Below are positions 9,967-19,664 of a DNA stretch of 64,000 bases, piece by piece (within the stretch, counting starts at the first letter, position 1; each line of letters begins with the position of its first letter). The stretch is from Polyangiaceae bacterium. Lineage in GTDB: Bacteria; Myxococcota_A; Polyangia; Polyangiales; Polyangiaceae. A model generated the notes under the pieces. The model was not told where the DNA came from. It made no database searches and saw nothing but the letters and a program-made list of their open reading frames with translations. The DNA is taken from positions 19,097 through 83,096 of the forward strand of contig JBNKBE010000025.1 of assembly GCA_050287085.1 (NCBI GenBank). Direction: 5' to 3'. The translations under genes were made by a program, and so were the position numbers.

Positions 9967-10668
9967 GTGCGTCGAGAAGCCGTAGAAGTGATCTACCCCG
10001 CGCGCTCTGGCACCGGCTGCCCCTGGAGCCCCGCCTGGAGCCCCTCAAAAATCATCGAGCTGCTGGAGCCGATGGTGCTGGTCGAGCGGCGCGAACGGCT
10101 GCGAGAAGTCCTAGGCGCCCGGCTTTCGACTGTCACGGTGCTGATGGACGCCCCCCACGACCCGCACAACGGGGCTGCCGTCCTGCGGTCCTGTGACGCA
10201 TTCGGAGTCGCCCGAGTACACGTGCTCAGCCGAAACGAACCCTTCGCGGCGTCCAACGTGGTCGCCAAAGGGGCGGAGCGCTGGGTGGAGGTAGTCGAAC
10301 ACACAAGCGCTCGCGAGGTCTCCACCGAGCTCAAGACACAAGGCTTTCAGCTGATCGGAACCCACCCGAGAGGGGAGCTTCTCCCGGAGGATCTCCCGAG
10401 CGTCGAGCGCGTGGCATTGGTGCTCGGCAACGAACATGCGGGCATCGGAGCGGACCTGCAGGTGGGTCTAGACCGTTCCGTTCAGATACCGATGGTGGGT
10501 TTCGTCGAGAGCCTCAACGTCAGCGTGTCCGCGGCGATCTTGCTCCGAGCGGCTACGTTCGGCCGACGCGGGGACCTAAGCGAAACGGAGCTGGAGCGAC
10601 TGTACGCACTCGGTCTATATCGGACGGTCAAACGAGCCGACGAGATTCTGCGCTACAGCGAAAAATGA
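9967..10668 (+). CDS. trmH: TrmH/SpoU-family RNA 2'-O-methyltransferase
   Basis: DPHN.AAVLRSCDAFG, LGNEHAG, IPM.GFVESLNVS SPOUT motifs; start uncertain. Confidence 0.85.
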   Translation: MRREAVEVIYPARSGTGCPWSPAWSPSKIIELLEPMVLVERRERLREVLGARLSTVTVLMDAPHDPHNGAAVLRSCDAFGVARVHVLSRNEPFAASNVVAKGAERWVEVVEHTSAREVSTELKTQGFQLIGTHPRGELLPEDLPSVERVALVLGNEHAGIGADLQVGLDRSVQIPMVGFVESLNVSVSAAILLRAATFGRRGDLSETELERLYALGLYRTVKRADEILRYSEK

Positions 10669-10816
10669 CAGCGGCAGCCGGCGCGCCCGAGACCGGAGTC
10701 CGCTCTCGCGCCGAGGGACGTGCCTCAAGGCGGACGCCAGGGCCGAAACTCGCAATTGAGCGATACGGGCCCGGTGACAGCAGCAGCGCACTGTACTAGC
10801 GTCTCCGCCTCGCAAC

Positions 10817-11164
10817 ATGTCGGCAAAATCCGAAACCTCAAGTGTCATCAGTCCTTCCACCCGCATCGTCGGCAACGTGTCGGGAAGCGGTTCGCTACGC
10901 GTGGCAGGGCGAATTGAGGGCAGTATCGAAGTCTCTGGCGCCGTGGAGCTATTGGAAGGCGCCCAGGTGACCGGAGATGTGCACGCACGAGACGCCACCA
11001 TTGGAGGCGAACTGCAAGGAGACGTCGAGTGCAGCGGTCCCATCCATCTTGGCGCGAACGCTGCGTTCGAAGGAACACTCCGCGGCTCCCAGGTGGCGAT
11101 CGAACCCGGCGCGCGAGTCCGGGCCAAGCTCGACACTGCGTTTGAGCTCAACCTGGAGATCTGA
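10817..11164 (+). CDS. bactofilin (polymer-forming cytoskeletal protein) 1
   Basis: Beta-helix repeats (I.G.V.G.G.L.V.G.IEGSI…), 115 aa. Confidence 0.9.
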   Translation: MSAKSETSSVISPSTRIVGNVSGSGSLRVAGRIEGSIEVSGAVELLEGAQVTGDVHARDATIGGELQGDVECSGPIHLGANAAFEGTLRGSQVAIEPGARVRAKLDTAFELNLEI

Positions 11165-11318
11165 GCTCCACGAATTCTGAGCTCGGTAAGCTCGATAGTA
11201 TAACATCCGCCCTCCCAGACTGGTTCAGTGAGCTCCAGCGCAAGAACCAGACGAGCGCGGACGACGGACGAATAGACAAAGCGGCGAGCACGACTCACCA
11301 CGAAAAGGTAGGGAACAC

Positions 11319-11633
11319 ATGGCAGGCACAGTGATTGGTTCTGGGCTCAGCATCGAAGGTGAGTTCACGAGCGAAGACGAAGTGGTCGTCGAAGGGAGCA
11401 TGCGAGGTACGCTCAGCAGCAGCGCGGTGGTCAGCGTCGCCAACGGAGCAAGCGTCGCCGCTGATATTGCGGCTCGCTCACTGAGTGTCGCCGGTCAGGT
11501 CACCGGCAACGTGCGAGCCACCGACCGCATCGACATTCAAGCCGGAGGGCGACTCGTAGGAGACGTTCAGGCCGCGCGCCTAACCATCGCTGACGGAGCC
11601 AGCTTCAAGGGCAACGTGGACATGGACGTGTAA
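11319..11633 (+). CDS. bactofilin 2
   Basis: TVIG.GL.IEGE…IADGASFKGNVDMD bactofilin signature, 104 aa. Confidence 0.93.
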   Translation: MAGTVIGSGLSIEGEFTSEDEVVVEGSMRGTLSSSAVVSVANGASVAADIAARSLSVAGQVTGNVRATDRIDIQAGGRLVGDVQAARLTIADGASFKGNVDMDV

Positions 11634-11639
11634 CCAGCA

Positions 11640-12245
11640 ATGGCGGAACACAGCATCATATCAGCTAGTACCATCATCCGTGGCAACATCAGCGGGGACG
11701 GTTCGCTTGAAATTCTCGGCAAGGTTCGCGGAGACGTAACCGTCAGCGGTGATCTCGTGCTGGGCTCCGACGCCGCCGTTCAAGGCAACGTCGAGGGTAG
11801 GAACGTGGTCATCGCCGGTAGCGTTCTCGGCGACGTCGTCGGCGTAGAAAGCCTCGCGGTGCAGGAGACAGGACGAATCGTCGGTGACCTCCGCGCGCCA
11901 ACGCTTGGGTTGCAGGAAGGCGCGTTGGTCCGAGGTCAACTGGAGACTGAGGGCCGGTCCCGCTCGAGCACGAAGCCGGCGTTCGCACAGTCGGCGCGCA
12001 AGACCTCTGCGCCCCACGCTGGTGCCCCCCACGCTGGTGCCCCCGCGGCGCCTCGCCCGCCCGCGCCGCGCACCGTTATCACCCCAAAGCCAACGCCACG
12101 CGCGGAAAGCACGCAAGCCCCGATCAGCGCGGCTGCGCCAGCCAAAGCCGTCAAGAAGAAGAGCCGTGAAAAGGCGCCTCCAGCGCCGGTTGTCAGCGCA
12201 CCCAAGCCCGGCTCGCGTGGACGCAAGAAGACAGCCAAGCGCTGA
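11640..12245 (+). CDS. bacP: bactofilin 3 with Pro/Ala/Lys-rich C-terminal tail (BacP-like)
   Basis: Bactofilin domain plus ~95-aa low-complexity basic tail; last gene of a triplet, as in myxobacterial bacNOP. Confidence 0.75.
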   Translation: MAEHSIISASTIIRGNISGDGSLEILGKVRGDVTVSGDLVLGSDAAVQGNVEGRNVVIAGSVLGDVVGVESLAVQETGRIVGDLRAPTLGLQEGALVRGQLETEGRSRSSTKPAFAQSARKTSAPHAGAPHAGAPAAPRPPAPRTVITPKPTPRAESTQAPISAAAPAKAVKKKSREKAPPAPVVSAPKPGSRGRKKTAKR

Positions 12246-12334
12246 CGCGGTCCAGCCTTCTTGTTAGTTGCTGTATTGCCGCAGCAGTAGGTACAAGACT
12301 TGGGCTGGGCCACGCAGGACGATGGAGGCTCCCG

Positions 12335-13699
12335 ATGAATCGTCGTCGTTCCGACTCGCAAAAAGCCCGCTCTCGGCGCAAGGGACCCACGTCTGAAGAC
12401 CCCTCCCGGATAGCCCGACGCGGTGAGCGTCCGGGACATGTTGTTTCCAAGGCAGGCGCAGGGCCCGCTCGCCCCAGCGCGCATTCCAGCTCGCGGGCCC
12501 ATCGCGTGCCCTCAGGAGCCGGTCGCGCCGGGGTGGTAACCTTACCCCCACATCTCGAAACTGCGCTCCAAGCAGGCCATCCGTGGATCTATCGCGACCA
12601 TGTGACAGCGCCGCTCTCATGCGCGACTGGAAGCTGGGTGGAGGTGTGCGCCGGACGTACTCATGCGTTTGCTCTCTGGGACGCGGAAGGCGCGATTGCG
12701 TTGCGCATCTACTCGCGCCAGGCCGCTCCCACCAGTGACGATATCAAGACGCGGATCTGCGACGCACATCGCTTGCGCGAAGGCTTCATCGACAGCCGTA
12801 CCACGACGGCCTATCGATGGGTCAACGGTGAAGGGGATGCCTTGCCGGGCATCATCGTCGATCGCTACGGCGCCTACGCCGTCGTCGCGTTGGATTCCGT
12901 GGCTTGCCTCCCTCTGCTGCCGGCGGTCGCTGATGCGTTGATGGCAACCCCGGGGATTGCCGGAGTAGTGCGCAAGCGACGCGTCCAAGAAAGCGACGGC
13001 GGCGAGCGACTCGAGTTGCTCGCTGGCAGTCCGCCCCCGTCGGAGCTGATCGTGCTTGAACACGGTCTGCAAATGCGGGCCAATCTGTACGCGGGCCAGA
13101 AGACGGGACTCTTCCTGGACCAGCGCGAGAACCGACGACTCATCGGGCACCATGCCCGAGGTCTGCGCGTGCTCAATCTGTTTTCCTATACCGGCGCCTT
13201 CTCCCTGTACGCGGCGCAGGGCGGCGCCCAAAGCACTGTATCGGTCGATATCGCAAAGGCCGCAGCCAGCGAAGCTGAGGCGAGCTTTCAACTCAACGGA
13301 CTCATGGGAGCAACACACGAGTTCGTTGTGGCCGACGTATTCGACTACCTGGGCGCGTGCCAAAGCCGCGGAGAGCACTTCGACCTCATCATCTGTGACC
13401 CCCCAAGCTTCGCCCATAACCAAACGCAATTGCGACGAGCCCTGAACGCGTATGTCCGGGTCAATGCCGCCGCAATGCGAGTGCTACGACCCGGTGGGCT
13501 GTACGCTGCGGCCAGCTGCACGGCGCGAGTAAGCGAGCCGGAGTTCTCCGCTGCGGTCGCCGAGGCCGCTCGCAAAGCGCGCTGCGACTTCCAATTGCTA
13601 GCCGCTCGAAGCCATGCCCCCGACCACCCCGTGCACATCGCTCATCCCGAGCAGCGGTACCTGAAGTTCCTGCTGGGCCGCGTCACTCCCAGACGCTAG
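12335..13699 (+). CDS. rlmI: RlmI/RlmK-family SAM-dependent rRNA methyltransferase
   Basis: HPWIY, EGD.LPG.IVDRY, QKTGLFLDQRENR, LNLFSYTG, DPPSF, YLK. Confidence 0.85.
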   Translation: MNRRRSDSQKARSRRKGPTSEDPSRIARRGERPGHVVSKAGAGPARPSAHSSSRAHRVPSGAGRAGVVTLPPHLETALQAGHPWIYRDHVTAPLSCATGSWVEVCAGRTHAFALWDAEGAIALRIYSRQAAPTSDDIKTRICDAHRLREGFIDSRTTTAYRWVNGEGDALPGIIVDRYGAYAVVALDSVACLPLLPAVADALMATPGIAGVVRKRRVQESDGGERLELLAGSPPPSELIVLEHGLQMRANLYAGQKTGLFLDQRENRRLIGHHARGLRVLNLFSYTGAFSLYAAQGGAQSTVSVDIAKAAASEAEASFQLNGLMGATHEFVVADVFDYLGACQSRGEHFDLIICDPPSFAHNQTQLRRALNAYVRVNAAAMRVLRPGGLYAAASCTARVSEPEFSAAVAEAARKARCDFQLLAARSHAPDHPVHIAHPEQRYLKFLLGRVTPRR

Positions 13700-13723
13700 G
13701 CGGCGCGTTGCTGCAACGAAACC

Positions 13724-14536
13724 CTAGGGCTGCTCGTTCGGCTCCGGCAGCGACGCTCCGGAGCGCACATACTGAACGATCACGTCAACCAGCTGCCGAT
13801 CGAGGCGTTCACATTTCTGTGACACTCGGCCCATGCTCGCCCCCTTACACTCCTTGCGGCGAGCCCCGTAGGTCTGGCGAACGTCTACGTCTTGTTTGAG
13901 AGCCGACCGCATGCCGTCCCCCAACCACTTCCACTCGACGCGTGAGTGCTTCGGCCGCGGTGGGCGCTGGGCGCTGAGCTCGCCGCCCTCAAGACTTACG
14001 CAACTGCCATTCCAGCGGAGCGCGTCGTACTGCCCGCTACCATCACCGATCTGAATGCCATCCCCCGCGGTGCCGCGGTGCCGCAAGATGAGCACCTCCT
14101 CGTCGAAGGCCATCATGCCGGCCACCGAGGCCCCCCCAGACGCGTTGACCGCCTCGGTTTCCCCCCGCAGGTACATCCGTTGCCAAGGCGTCCCGGCCTG
14201 AAACATGTACAGCGCAACCTCCGGAAACACTCCGTCGCAAAGCTTCTTCACCCATCCTTGGGGGGGTAAACACTCGGACTGCGCAGGAGCACATTGGGTC
14301 GGCACGCGCGTAGCGCTCTCGCCGCTCTCCTCTTTCCCACTCGCTTCAAGCCCCGCCCCCACGGTGCCGATCTCGCTCCCGGCGGTCGCAGCCGCCTCAT
14401 CATTCTCAGCCGCCAACGAAGAGGTTTCATCGCCGGCGCCCCGCGGCGGCTCCACGCTCTGGGCACACCCGGCTAGTTGAACCGCGGCAGCCAGCCCCCA
14501 ACCAATCGCACGAAACCCACCACTTGCCTCTCGCAT
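13724..14536 (-). CDS. hypothetical lipoprotein
   Basis: Lipobox LAGC, acidic linker, C-terminal domain with 6 Cys. Confidence 0.75.
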   Translation of the reverse strand: MREASGGFRAIGWGLAAAVQLAGCAQSVEPPRGAGDETSSLAAENDEAAATAGSEIGTVGAGLEASGKEESGESATRVPTQCAPAQSECLPPQGWVKKLCDGVFPEVALYMFQAGTPWQRMYLRGETEAVNASGGASVAGMMAFDEEVLILRHRGTAGDGIQIGDGSGQYDALRWNGSCVSLEGGELSAQRPPRPKHSRVEWKWLGDGMRSALKQDVDVRQTYGARRKECKGASMGRVSQKCERLDRQLVDVIVQYVRSGASLPEPNEQP

Positions 14537-14695
14537 CCCGCTACGGAACCCGACCTATCGTCGTAGGTCAACCTGGGATTGAACCTCCTCAGACCACGCC
14601 GGTTGGTAAGCCAGAAGCCCGCAGCAGCGTGCCCGAGACCCTACATCTTGTCCGCCGCGAGCGCCGAGGAGAGCTCGCTCTCCAAACAGGCACCG

Positions 14696-14719
14696 CGGGT
14701 CCGAGCTCCCTCGGACCCG
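14696..14719. terminator. perfect 10-bp GC-rich hairpin downstream of atpG
   Basis: CGGGTCCGAG-ctcc-CTCGGACCCG; no immediate U-tract on the minus strand, so terminator role is tentative. Confidence 0.45.
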
Positions 14720-14789
14720 AAGTTTCGACTCGACGACAAGGTCGGGGCAACCTCCGCCCCTCTGCCGACGGCGGGCCAAGGCCGCTAAC

Positions 14790-15668
14790 TCACCCCGCCA
14801 AGGCTTCAGCGCCGCCGATAATCTCCAAGATCTCCGTGGTAATCGCAGCCTGGCGGAGGCGGTTGTACTGAAGCGTTAGGTCCGCAATCATCTCGGAAGC
14901 ATTCTTGGTCGCGGCATCCATCGCCGTCATTCGCGCCCCGAGCTCAGAGGCCATGGACTCCAATAGCGAACGCAAAACGGTCGCTTCGACGTACATTGGA
15001 ACCAAGCGCTCCAGCAACGCCGCCTCACTCGGCTCGAAGATGTATTCCGGCGTAGAATCGTCCGACGGCTCATCGGCCACGGCCGTGGCCAATGGAAACA
15101 GAGGGTCAACAATGACCTCCTGGGTCATGGCACTCTTGAACTCGTTGTACACCAGATCGATCGCGTCGACTTCACCAGCGACAAAAGGCTCCAACACCTT
15201 ACGCGCCACGCGGCGCGCGGTCTTGACGTCCAGGTCGTCCCAGATGTCGTCAAAGACGTGAAAGACAGAACTCTTTCGAGCCGCAAAGAAGTCGCGCCCC
15301 TTGCGCCCCAGCAGGGCCAACGAGATCTCCTGCCCCGCTCGCTTTCCGGCCGCCAACTCAAGCTCAACACGCTTGCAAATGCTGGAGTTGAACGAACCAC
15401 ACAAGCCCCGATCGCTTGTTACGACAACCAGAAGCCGACGCTTGGGCTCGCGTTGAGCCAGCAGAGGATGCACGTTTTCCCGCTGACTGGTAGCCTCGAC
15501 CGCGGCACGCAGCACACGCCCCGTAGCCACCGCGTAGGGACGCATCTGCGTTATCCGCTGCTGGGCGCGATTGAGACGCGCGCCCGCAACCATCTTCATC
15601 GCTCGCGTGATCTTCTGCGTCGACTTGACGCTGTCGATTCGCTTGCGGATTGACTTTAGGTTCGCCAC
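14790..15668 (-). CDS. atpG: ATP synthase F1 gamma subunit
   Basis: TQKITRAMKMVA, TSDRGLCG, SE.GARM.AM, RQAAIT.EI.EI. Confidence 0.98.
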   Translation of the reverse strand: MANLKSIRKRIDSVKSTQKITRAMKMVAGARLNRAQQRITQMRPYAVATGRVLRAAVEATSQRENVHPLLAQREPKRRLLVVVTSDRGLCGSFNSSICKRVELELAAGKRAGQEISLALLGRKGRDFFAARKSSVFHVFDDIWDDLDVKTARRVARKVLEPFVAGEVDAIDLVYNEFKSAMTQEVIVDPLFPLATAVADEPSDDSTPEYIFEPSEAALLERLVPMYVEATVLRSLLESMASELGARMTAMDAATKNASEMIADLTLQYNRLRQAAITTEILEIIGGAEALAG

Positions 15669-15674
15669 GCGTCC

Positions 15675-17357
15675 CTAGTTGCCCTTGCTAGCTGGTACGA
15701 ATTTCTCAGCGAAAGCCTTCAATGCACCGTCAAACTCGGTCTTGAAGTCCCCAGCGATCACCTCTCCCCTGCGCAGCTTCTCCAGCAGCTCAGGGTGTTT
15801 GTCGTCGATGAACGCAAACAACTCCTTTTCGTACTGCTGTATCGCCGCAACGGGAAGCCCATCGACGAAGCCGTTGATACCCGCGTAGATGATGGTGACT
15901 TGACGTTCTACGGGCTGGGGTACGTATTGGCCCTGCTTCAGCAACTCAACCAGGCGTTCCCCCCGTTCGAGCTGCGCACGCGTCGACGCGTCGAGATCTG
16001 AGGCGAACTGCGCAAAGGCGGCCATTTCGCGATACTGAGCAAGATCGAGACGAAGCGTTCCGGCGATCTTCCGCATGGGCTTCACCTGGGCACTGCCCCC
16101 TACGCGACTCACCGAAATGCCCACGTTGATAGCCGGACGAATACCCGAGTAGAACAAGTCGCTCTCCAAGAATATCTGACCGTCCGTGATGGAGATGACG
16201 TTGGTGGGAATGTACGCAGAAACATCACCCGCCTGCGTTTCGATCACCGGCAGTGCCGTCAGCGAGCCCCCGGAGAAGGGATCCTTCTTCACTTCCAGAT
16301 TCGCCTTGTCGGCGTTCGCGGCCAGCGCTTTCTCAGCTTCCTCACGGCCTTCGGACATCAGGTGAACCTTGCCGTCCACACCGCGGAAGGAGTGATCTCC
16401 TGCCGGGATCTCTGTGCCCTTCTTCACCACGAACCAGCGCTCAGCCAGCTTGGCGGCACGCTCGAGCAGGCGCGAATGCACATAAAAGACGTCACCGGGA
16501 TACGCTTCGCGCCCTGGCGGTCGCCGTAGCAGCAACGACATCTGACGATAGGCCACAGCTTGCTTGGACAAGTCGTCGTAGATGCACAGTACGTGTTCGC
16601 CGCGGTCACGAAAGTACTCGCCCATGGCAACACCGCTGTAGGGCGCAAGGAATTGCAACGGAGCCGCCTCAGTCGCCGAAGCAATAACTACGATGGTGTA
16701 GTCCATGGCGCCCGCTTTGGTCAGCTTGTCGACAACCTGAGCCACGGTCGATGCCTTCTGACCAATGGCCACATAGATGCATCGAACGCCGGTCTTCTTC
16801 TGATTGATTATCGTATCTACGGCGATTGCGGTCTTTCCCGTTTGTCGATCGCCGATGATGAGCTCGCGCTGCCCCCGCCCGATGGGAATCATCGAGTCGA
16901 TCGCCTTGATGCCGGTTTGAAGCGGCTCCTTCACCGGTTGTCGCCCGATGATGCCAGGTGCTTTCACCTCTATCTTTCGGGTTTCCGCTGCAGCGATGGG
17001 CCCCTTCCCGTCCACGGGCTGCCCAAGTGCGTTGACGACGCGACCGAGACATTGGTCACCCACTGGGACGTCCGCGATCCGTCCGGTGCGCTTTACAGGC
17101 GACCCTTCAGACACACCCTGGGGGTCACCCAGGATCGCAACGCCCACATTGTCTTGCTCGAGGTTGAGGATCAGGCCGAAAACGTCGTTGTCAAACTCGA
17201 CGAGCTCACCCGCCATAGCTCCGTCCAGCCCGTGCACGCGTGCGATTCCGTCGCCGGTGGTGAGCACCGTACCCGTTTCGCTGACGTGTGCCGGAGCGTC
17301 GAAGTTCTGGATTTGCTGCTTGATGATCTGTGAGATCTCGTCCGCATTAAGCTGCAT
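15675..17357 (-). CDS. atpA: ATP synthase F1 alpha subunit with internal insertion (560 aa)
   Basis: [34 protein letters not shown]. Confidence 0.98.
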   Translation of the reverse strand: MQLNADEISQIIKQQIQNFDAPAHVSETGTVLTTGDGIARVHGLDGAMAGELVEFDNDVFGLILNLEQDNVGVAILGDPQGVSEGSPVKRTGRIADVPVGDQCLGRVVNALGQPVDGKGPIAAAETRKIEVKAPGIIGRQPVKEPLQTGIKAIDSMIPIGRGQRELIIGDRQTGKTAIAVDTIINQKKTGVRCIYVAIGQKASTVAQVVDKLTKAGAMDYTIVVIASATEAAPLQFLAPYSGVAMGEYFRDRGEHVLCIYDDLSKQAVAYRQMSLLLRRPPGREAYPGDVFYVHSRLLERAAKLAERWFVVKKGTEIPAGDHSFRGVDGKVHLMSEGREEAEKALAANADKANLEVKKDPFSGGSLTALPVIETQAGDVSAYIPTNVISITDGQIFLESDLFYSGIRPAINVGISVSRVGGSAQVKPMRKIAGTLRLDLAQYREMAAFAQFASDLDASTRAQLERGERLVELLKQGQYVPQPVERQVTIIYAGINGFVDGLPVAAIQQYEKELFAFIDDKHPELLEKLRRGEVIAGDFKTEFDGALKAFAEKFVPASKGN

Positions 17358-17401
17358 AGCTACCTTATTTCTGTTCTATTTCTGCGCTGGTTCGAAGTTG
17401 G

Positions 17402-17950
17402 TTAGCTGCTCGAGGAAGTGAGTCGCTGCTCGAGCGCCTCCAGCTTGCCCTTCAGCGACCCGTCAATGGTGTTGTCGCCGATGGTGGTGACAACACCCGC
17501 AATGAGCGAAGCATCGGTACTTCGCTCGATGACGGGTTTCTTGCCGAGTCCGGTCTCAATCTTTGCCGCAAGCTGCGCATAAAAGGTATCCGGAAGAGGC
17601 GCGGCCGACGTTACCTTCACGCGCACTATCCCCGCCCGTTCGTCGGCGAGCGTGCCGAGCCGCCGAGAGATGGCAGGAACTTGCGCCAACCGGCGACGAC
17701 GAGTGAGCAGTCGTACGGCGTTGAGTGCCTCCGTTCCCATTGCGAGGCGCGACGCCAAGGTGCGGAGCACAGAAGTTCGTTGCTCTTCCGAAACCGCCGG
17801 ATTCGAAAGCACACCGCGCAGTTCAGCGCTGCAGGTGAAGGCGTCGTAGAAACGACGGAAGTCGCTCGTCAGCTGTTCAAGCTTGCCCGTCTCGAGCCCT
17901 AGCTCGAACATGGCGCGTGCGTAGCGCTCGGCAATGGCACTCTCGCTCAT
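17402..17950 (-). CDS. atpH: ATP synthase F1 delta subunit
   Basis: IA.RYA.A, TSA.PL, D.SLIAG…IDGSLKG.L; located before atpA. Confidence 0.95.
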   Translation of the reverse strand: MSESAIAERYARAMFELGLETGKLEQLTSDFRRFYDAFTCSAELRGVLSNPAVSEEQRTSVLRTLASRLAMGTEALNAVRLLTRRRRLAQVPAISRRLGTLADERAGIVRVKVTSAAPLPDTFYAQLAAKIETGLGKKPVIERSTDASLIAGVVTTIGDNTIDGSLKGKLEALEQRLTSSSS

Positions 17951-18735
17951 GCCTGGCCTCCTCGCCCTTGCTTCAGGCCTAGAAGAAGCGAATCGAGATC
18001 GGACAAGTAGGCCTCGCTCATTCGCTGATGATCACTAGATACGACCTGGGTTAGCAACAGTTCCCGCGCGGTTTCTGCGGCGCCGCGGGTCATCTGCTGA
18101 ATGAGAGTTTGTTGCATGGCTTTCTGCTCTTGCTCGAGCAAGCGGGTGGCCTCGTAGCTCATCCGTACTTTGCGCTCCCTCGCGGCCGCGAGAATGCCCT
18201 CACGTTCAAGCTCTGCCGCCTCTCGCATGTCGCGCTTGATACGCTCGATATCGCTATCGACCGAGTCCAGCTTGGCTTGGTACTGCGCGAGCTGCTCCGT
18301 AGCCTCAGCCTTCATTCGAGCGGCTTGCTGCATACCGTCCATGATGGCGGCACGTCGCTTCTTGAGGCCCTCGGCAACAGGCCCCTTTCCGAAACGATAT
18401 AGGCCATAGAACAACACCGCCGTGTTGATCAGATACGCAAGGAACGGTACCGGCATGCCCGGCAGGCGGTAGGCAACGCTGGGATGCTCTGCCTCTGCAT
18501 CTTCGCCAAGAAAACCGTAGTACCAATTGAACTCGTGCGCAGCGCCGGCATGCTGCTCTGCGGCCGCGCCGTGGGGGCGCGCCTCGTGCTCTGCAGGTGC
18601 GCTCTCCGCACGGATGCCAGGCGCGAGGGACATCGCAGCGACAAGCGCCGCCATCGAAACGATGGCCCGTGTGGAGGATGACGCACGAGCCTTCGTGCGT
18701 CCGTTCGTGATTCCGAGTTGAGTCATGTCTTCCAT
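17947..18735 (-). CDS. atpF: ATP synthase F0 subunit b with N-terminal extension
   Basis: TM helix (FLAYLINTAVLFYGLY), then L..RR..I and long charged coiled coil; overlaps atpH start. Confidence 0.85.
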   Translation of the reverse strand: MEDMTQLGITNGRTKARASSSTRAIVSMAALVAAMSLAPGIRAESAPAEHEARPHGAAAEQHAGAAHEFNWYYGFLGEDAEAEHPSVAYRLPGMPVPFLAYLINTAVLFYGLYRFGKGPVAEGLKKRRAAIMDGMQQAARMKAEATEQLAQYQAKLDSVDSDIERIKRDMREAAELEREGILAAARERKVRMSYEATRLLEQEQKAMQQTLIQQMTRGAAETARELLLTQVVSSDHQRMSEAYLSDLDSLLLGLKQGRGGQA

Positions 18736-18772
18736 CTGTGGCTGAGAACTGAAGTCTGCTGCGCTGCGTGTG

Positions 18773-19348
18773 TCAGTTGCTCAGCGAGCGCCCGAGGACC
18801 TTCTCTGCGACGTCTCGACCAAGGCGCTCGGACTGTCGACCCAGTTCGAAACGCATCTGCTCGACCTGCGCCGCCAACTCCCTGCGACCGCGCTCGACAA
18901 TCACCGCCGTCTCGGCCCGCGCCTCGTTCAAAATGCGCTCCTCGAGACGAGCGGTTTCCGCTCGAATAGCGTCGCGCTCCTTGGCGACTTCAGAGCTGAC
19001 CCGTGCGATGGCCTGTTCGTAGCGGACGAGCAATTCGCCGGCCTTCTTCTGCATCTCCCGGGCTTCGCTACGGGCACCGTCGGTCCGCTTCTCGCGTTCT
19101 TCGAAAACCTTCAGCAACGGATCAAAAAGCAGCGGCTTCAAGGCCACTACGAGAAACAGGAACAGGAACATCTGGAGCGTGAACGTCGCATCCAGGTCCA
19201 AGAAGCTGCCTCCGCCCGAGCGGGCGTGGCTTGCGGCGCTGCTCAACACGACGGGCCCGCTCGACAATGAGGGCAGGACGCCCCCTAGGGTGCCCCCCTC
19301 GACGGGAAGCAGGTCGCTGGTTCGCAACGACTCTATGAGGCTCGACAT
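18773..19348 (-). CDS. ATP synthase F0 subunit b'
   Basis: LDLDATF.LQM..FL.L…L..LLF.P….EERE signature; start uncertain. Confidence 0.85.
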   Translation of the reverse strand: MSSLIESLRTSDLLPVEGGTLGGVLPSLSSGPVVLSSAASHARSGGGSFLDLDATFTLQMFLFLFLVVALKPLLFDPLLKVFEEREKRTDGARSEAREMQKKAGELLVRYEQAIARVSSEVAKERDAIRAETARLEERILNEARAETAVIVERGRRELAAQVEQMRFELGRQSERLGRDVAEKVLGRSLSN

Positions 19349-19664
19349 TATATGACTGGGCGTTGTGAGGGTCATCGTCTCGTTCGCAGTAGGTGACGGG
19401 GCGAGATGCCAACGGGTCAGGTCAGCGACCACACCTCGCCGAAGCGGAGCGGCGCGCCAAAAGGCGCACTGATCAGGGCACCGGCGCGGCTCGTACCACC
19501 CTGGTGATAGACTGTCCAGAGGAGCCCCCTGCGCTGATTTGCCCCAGGTTTGAGAGACCTAGGCTGGGCTCCCATAAAGACCCAGCGACCGGCACGCCCG
19601 CCGCCGCAGACAAGCCCTGGCCGAGCGCGGTGGACACTCAAAACCGTGGCTGCCGTACTCAAAT

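Noticed and set aside
14570..14590. GGTTCAATCCC on the minus strand resembling a tRNA T-loop; TTGAACC resembling part of 6S RNA
   Set aside because: No T-stem or cloverleaf can be built, and no complementary GGTTCAA arm for a 6S-type rod
16270..16448. Intein in atpA
   Set aside because: Too short, no N-terminal Cys/Ser and no C-terminal His-Asn
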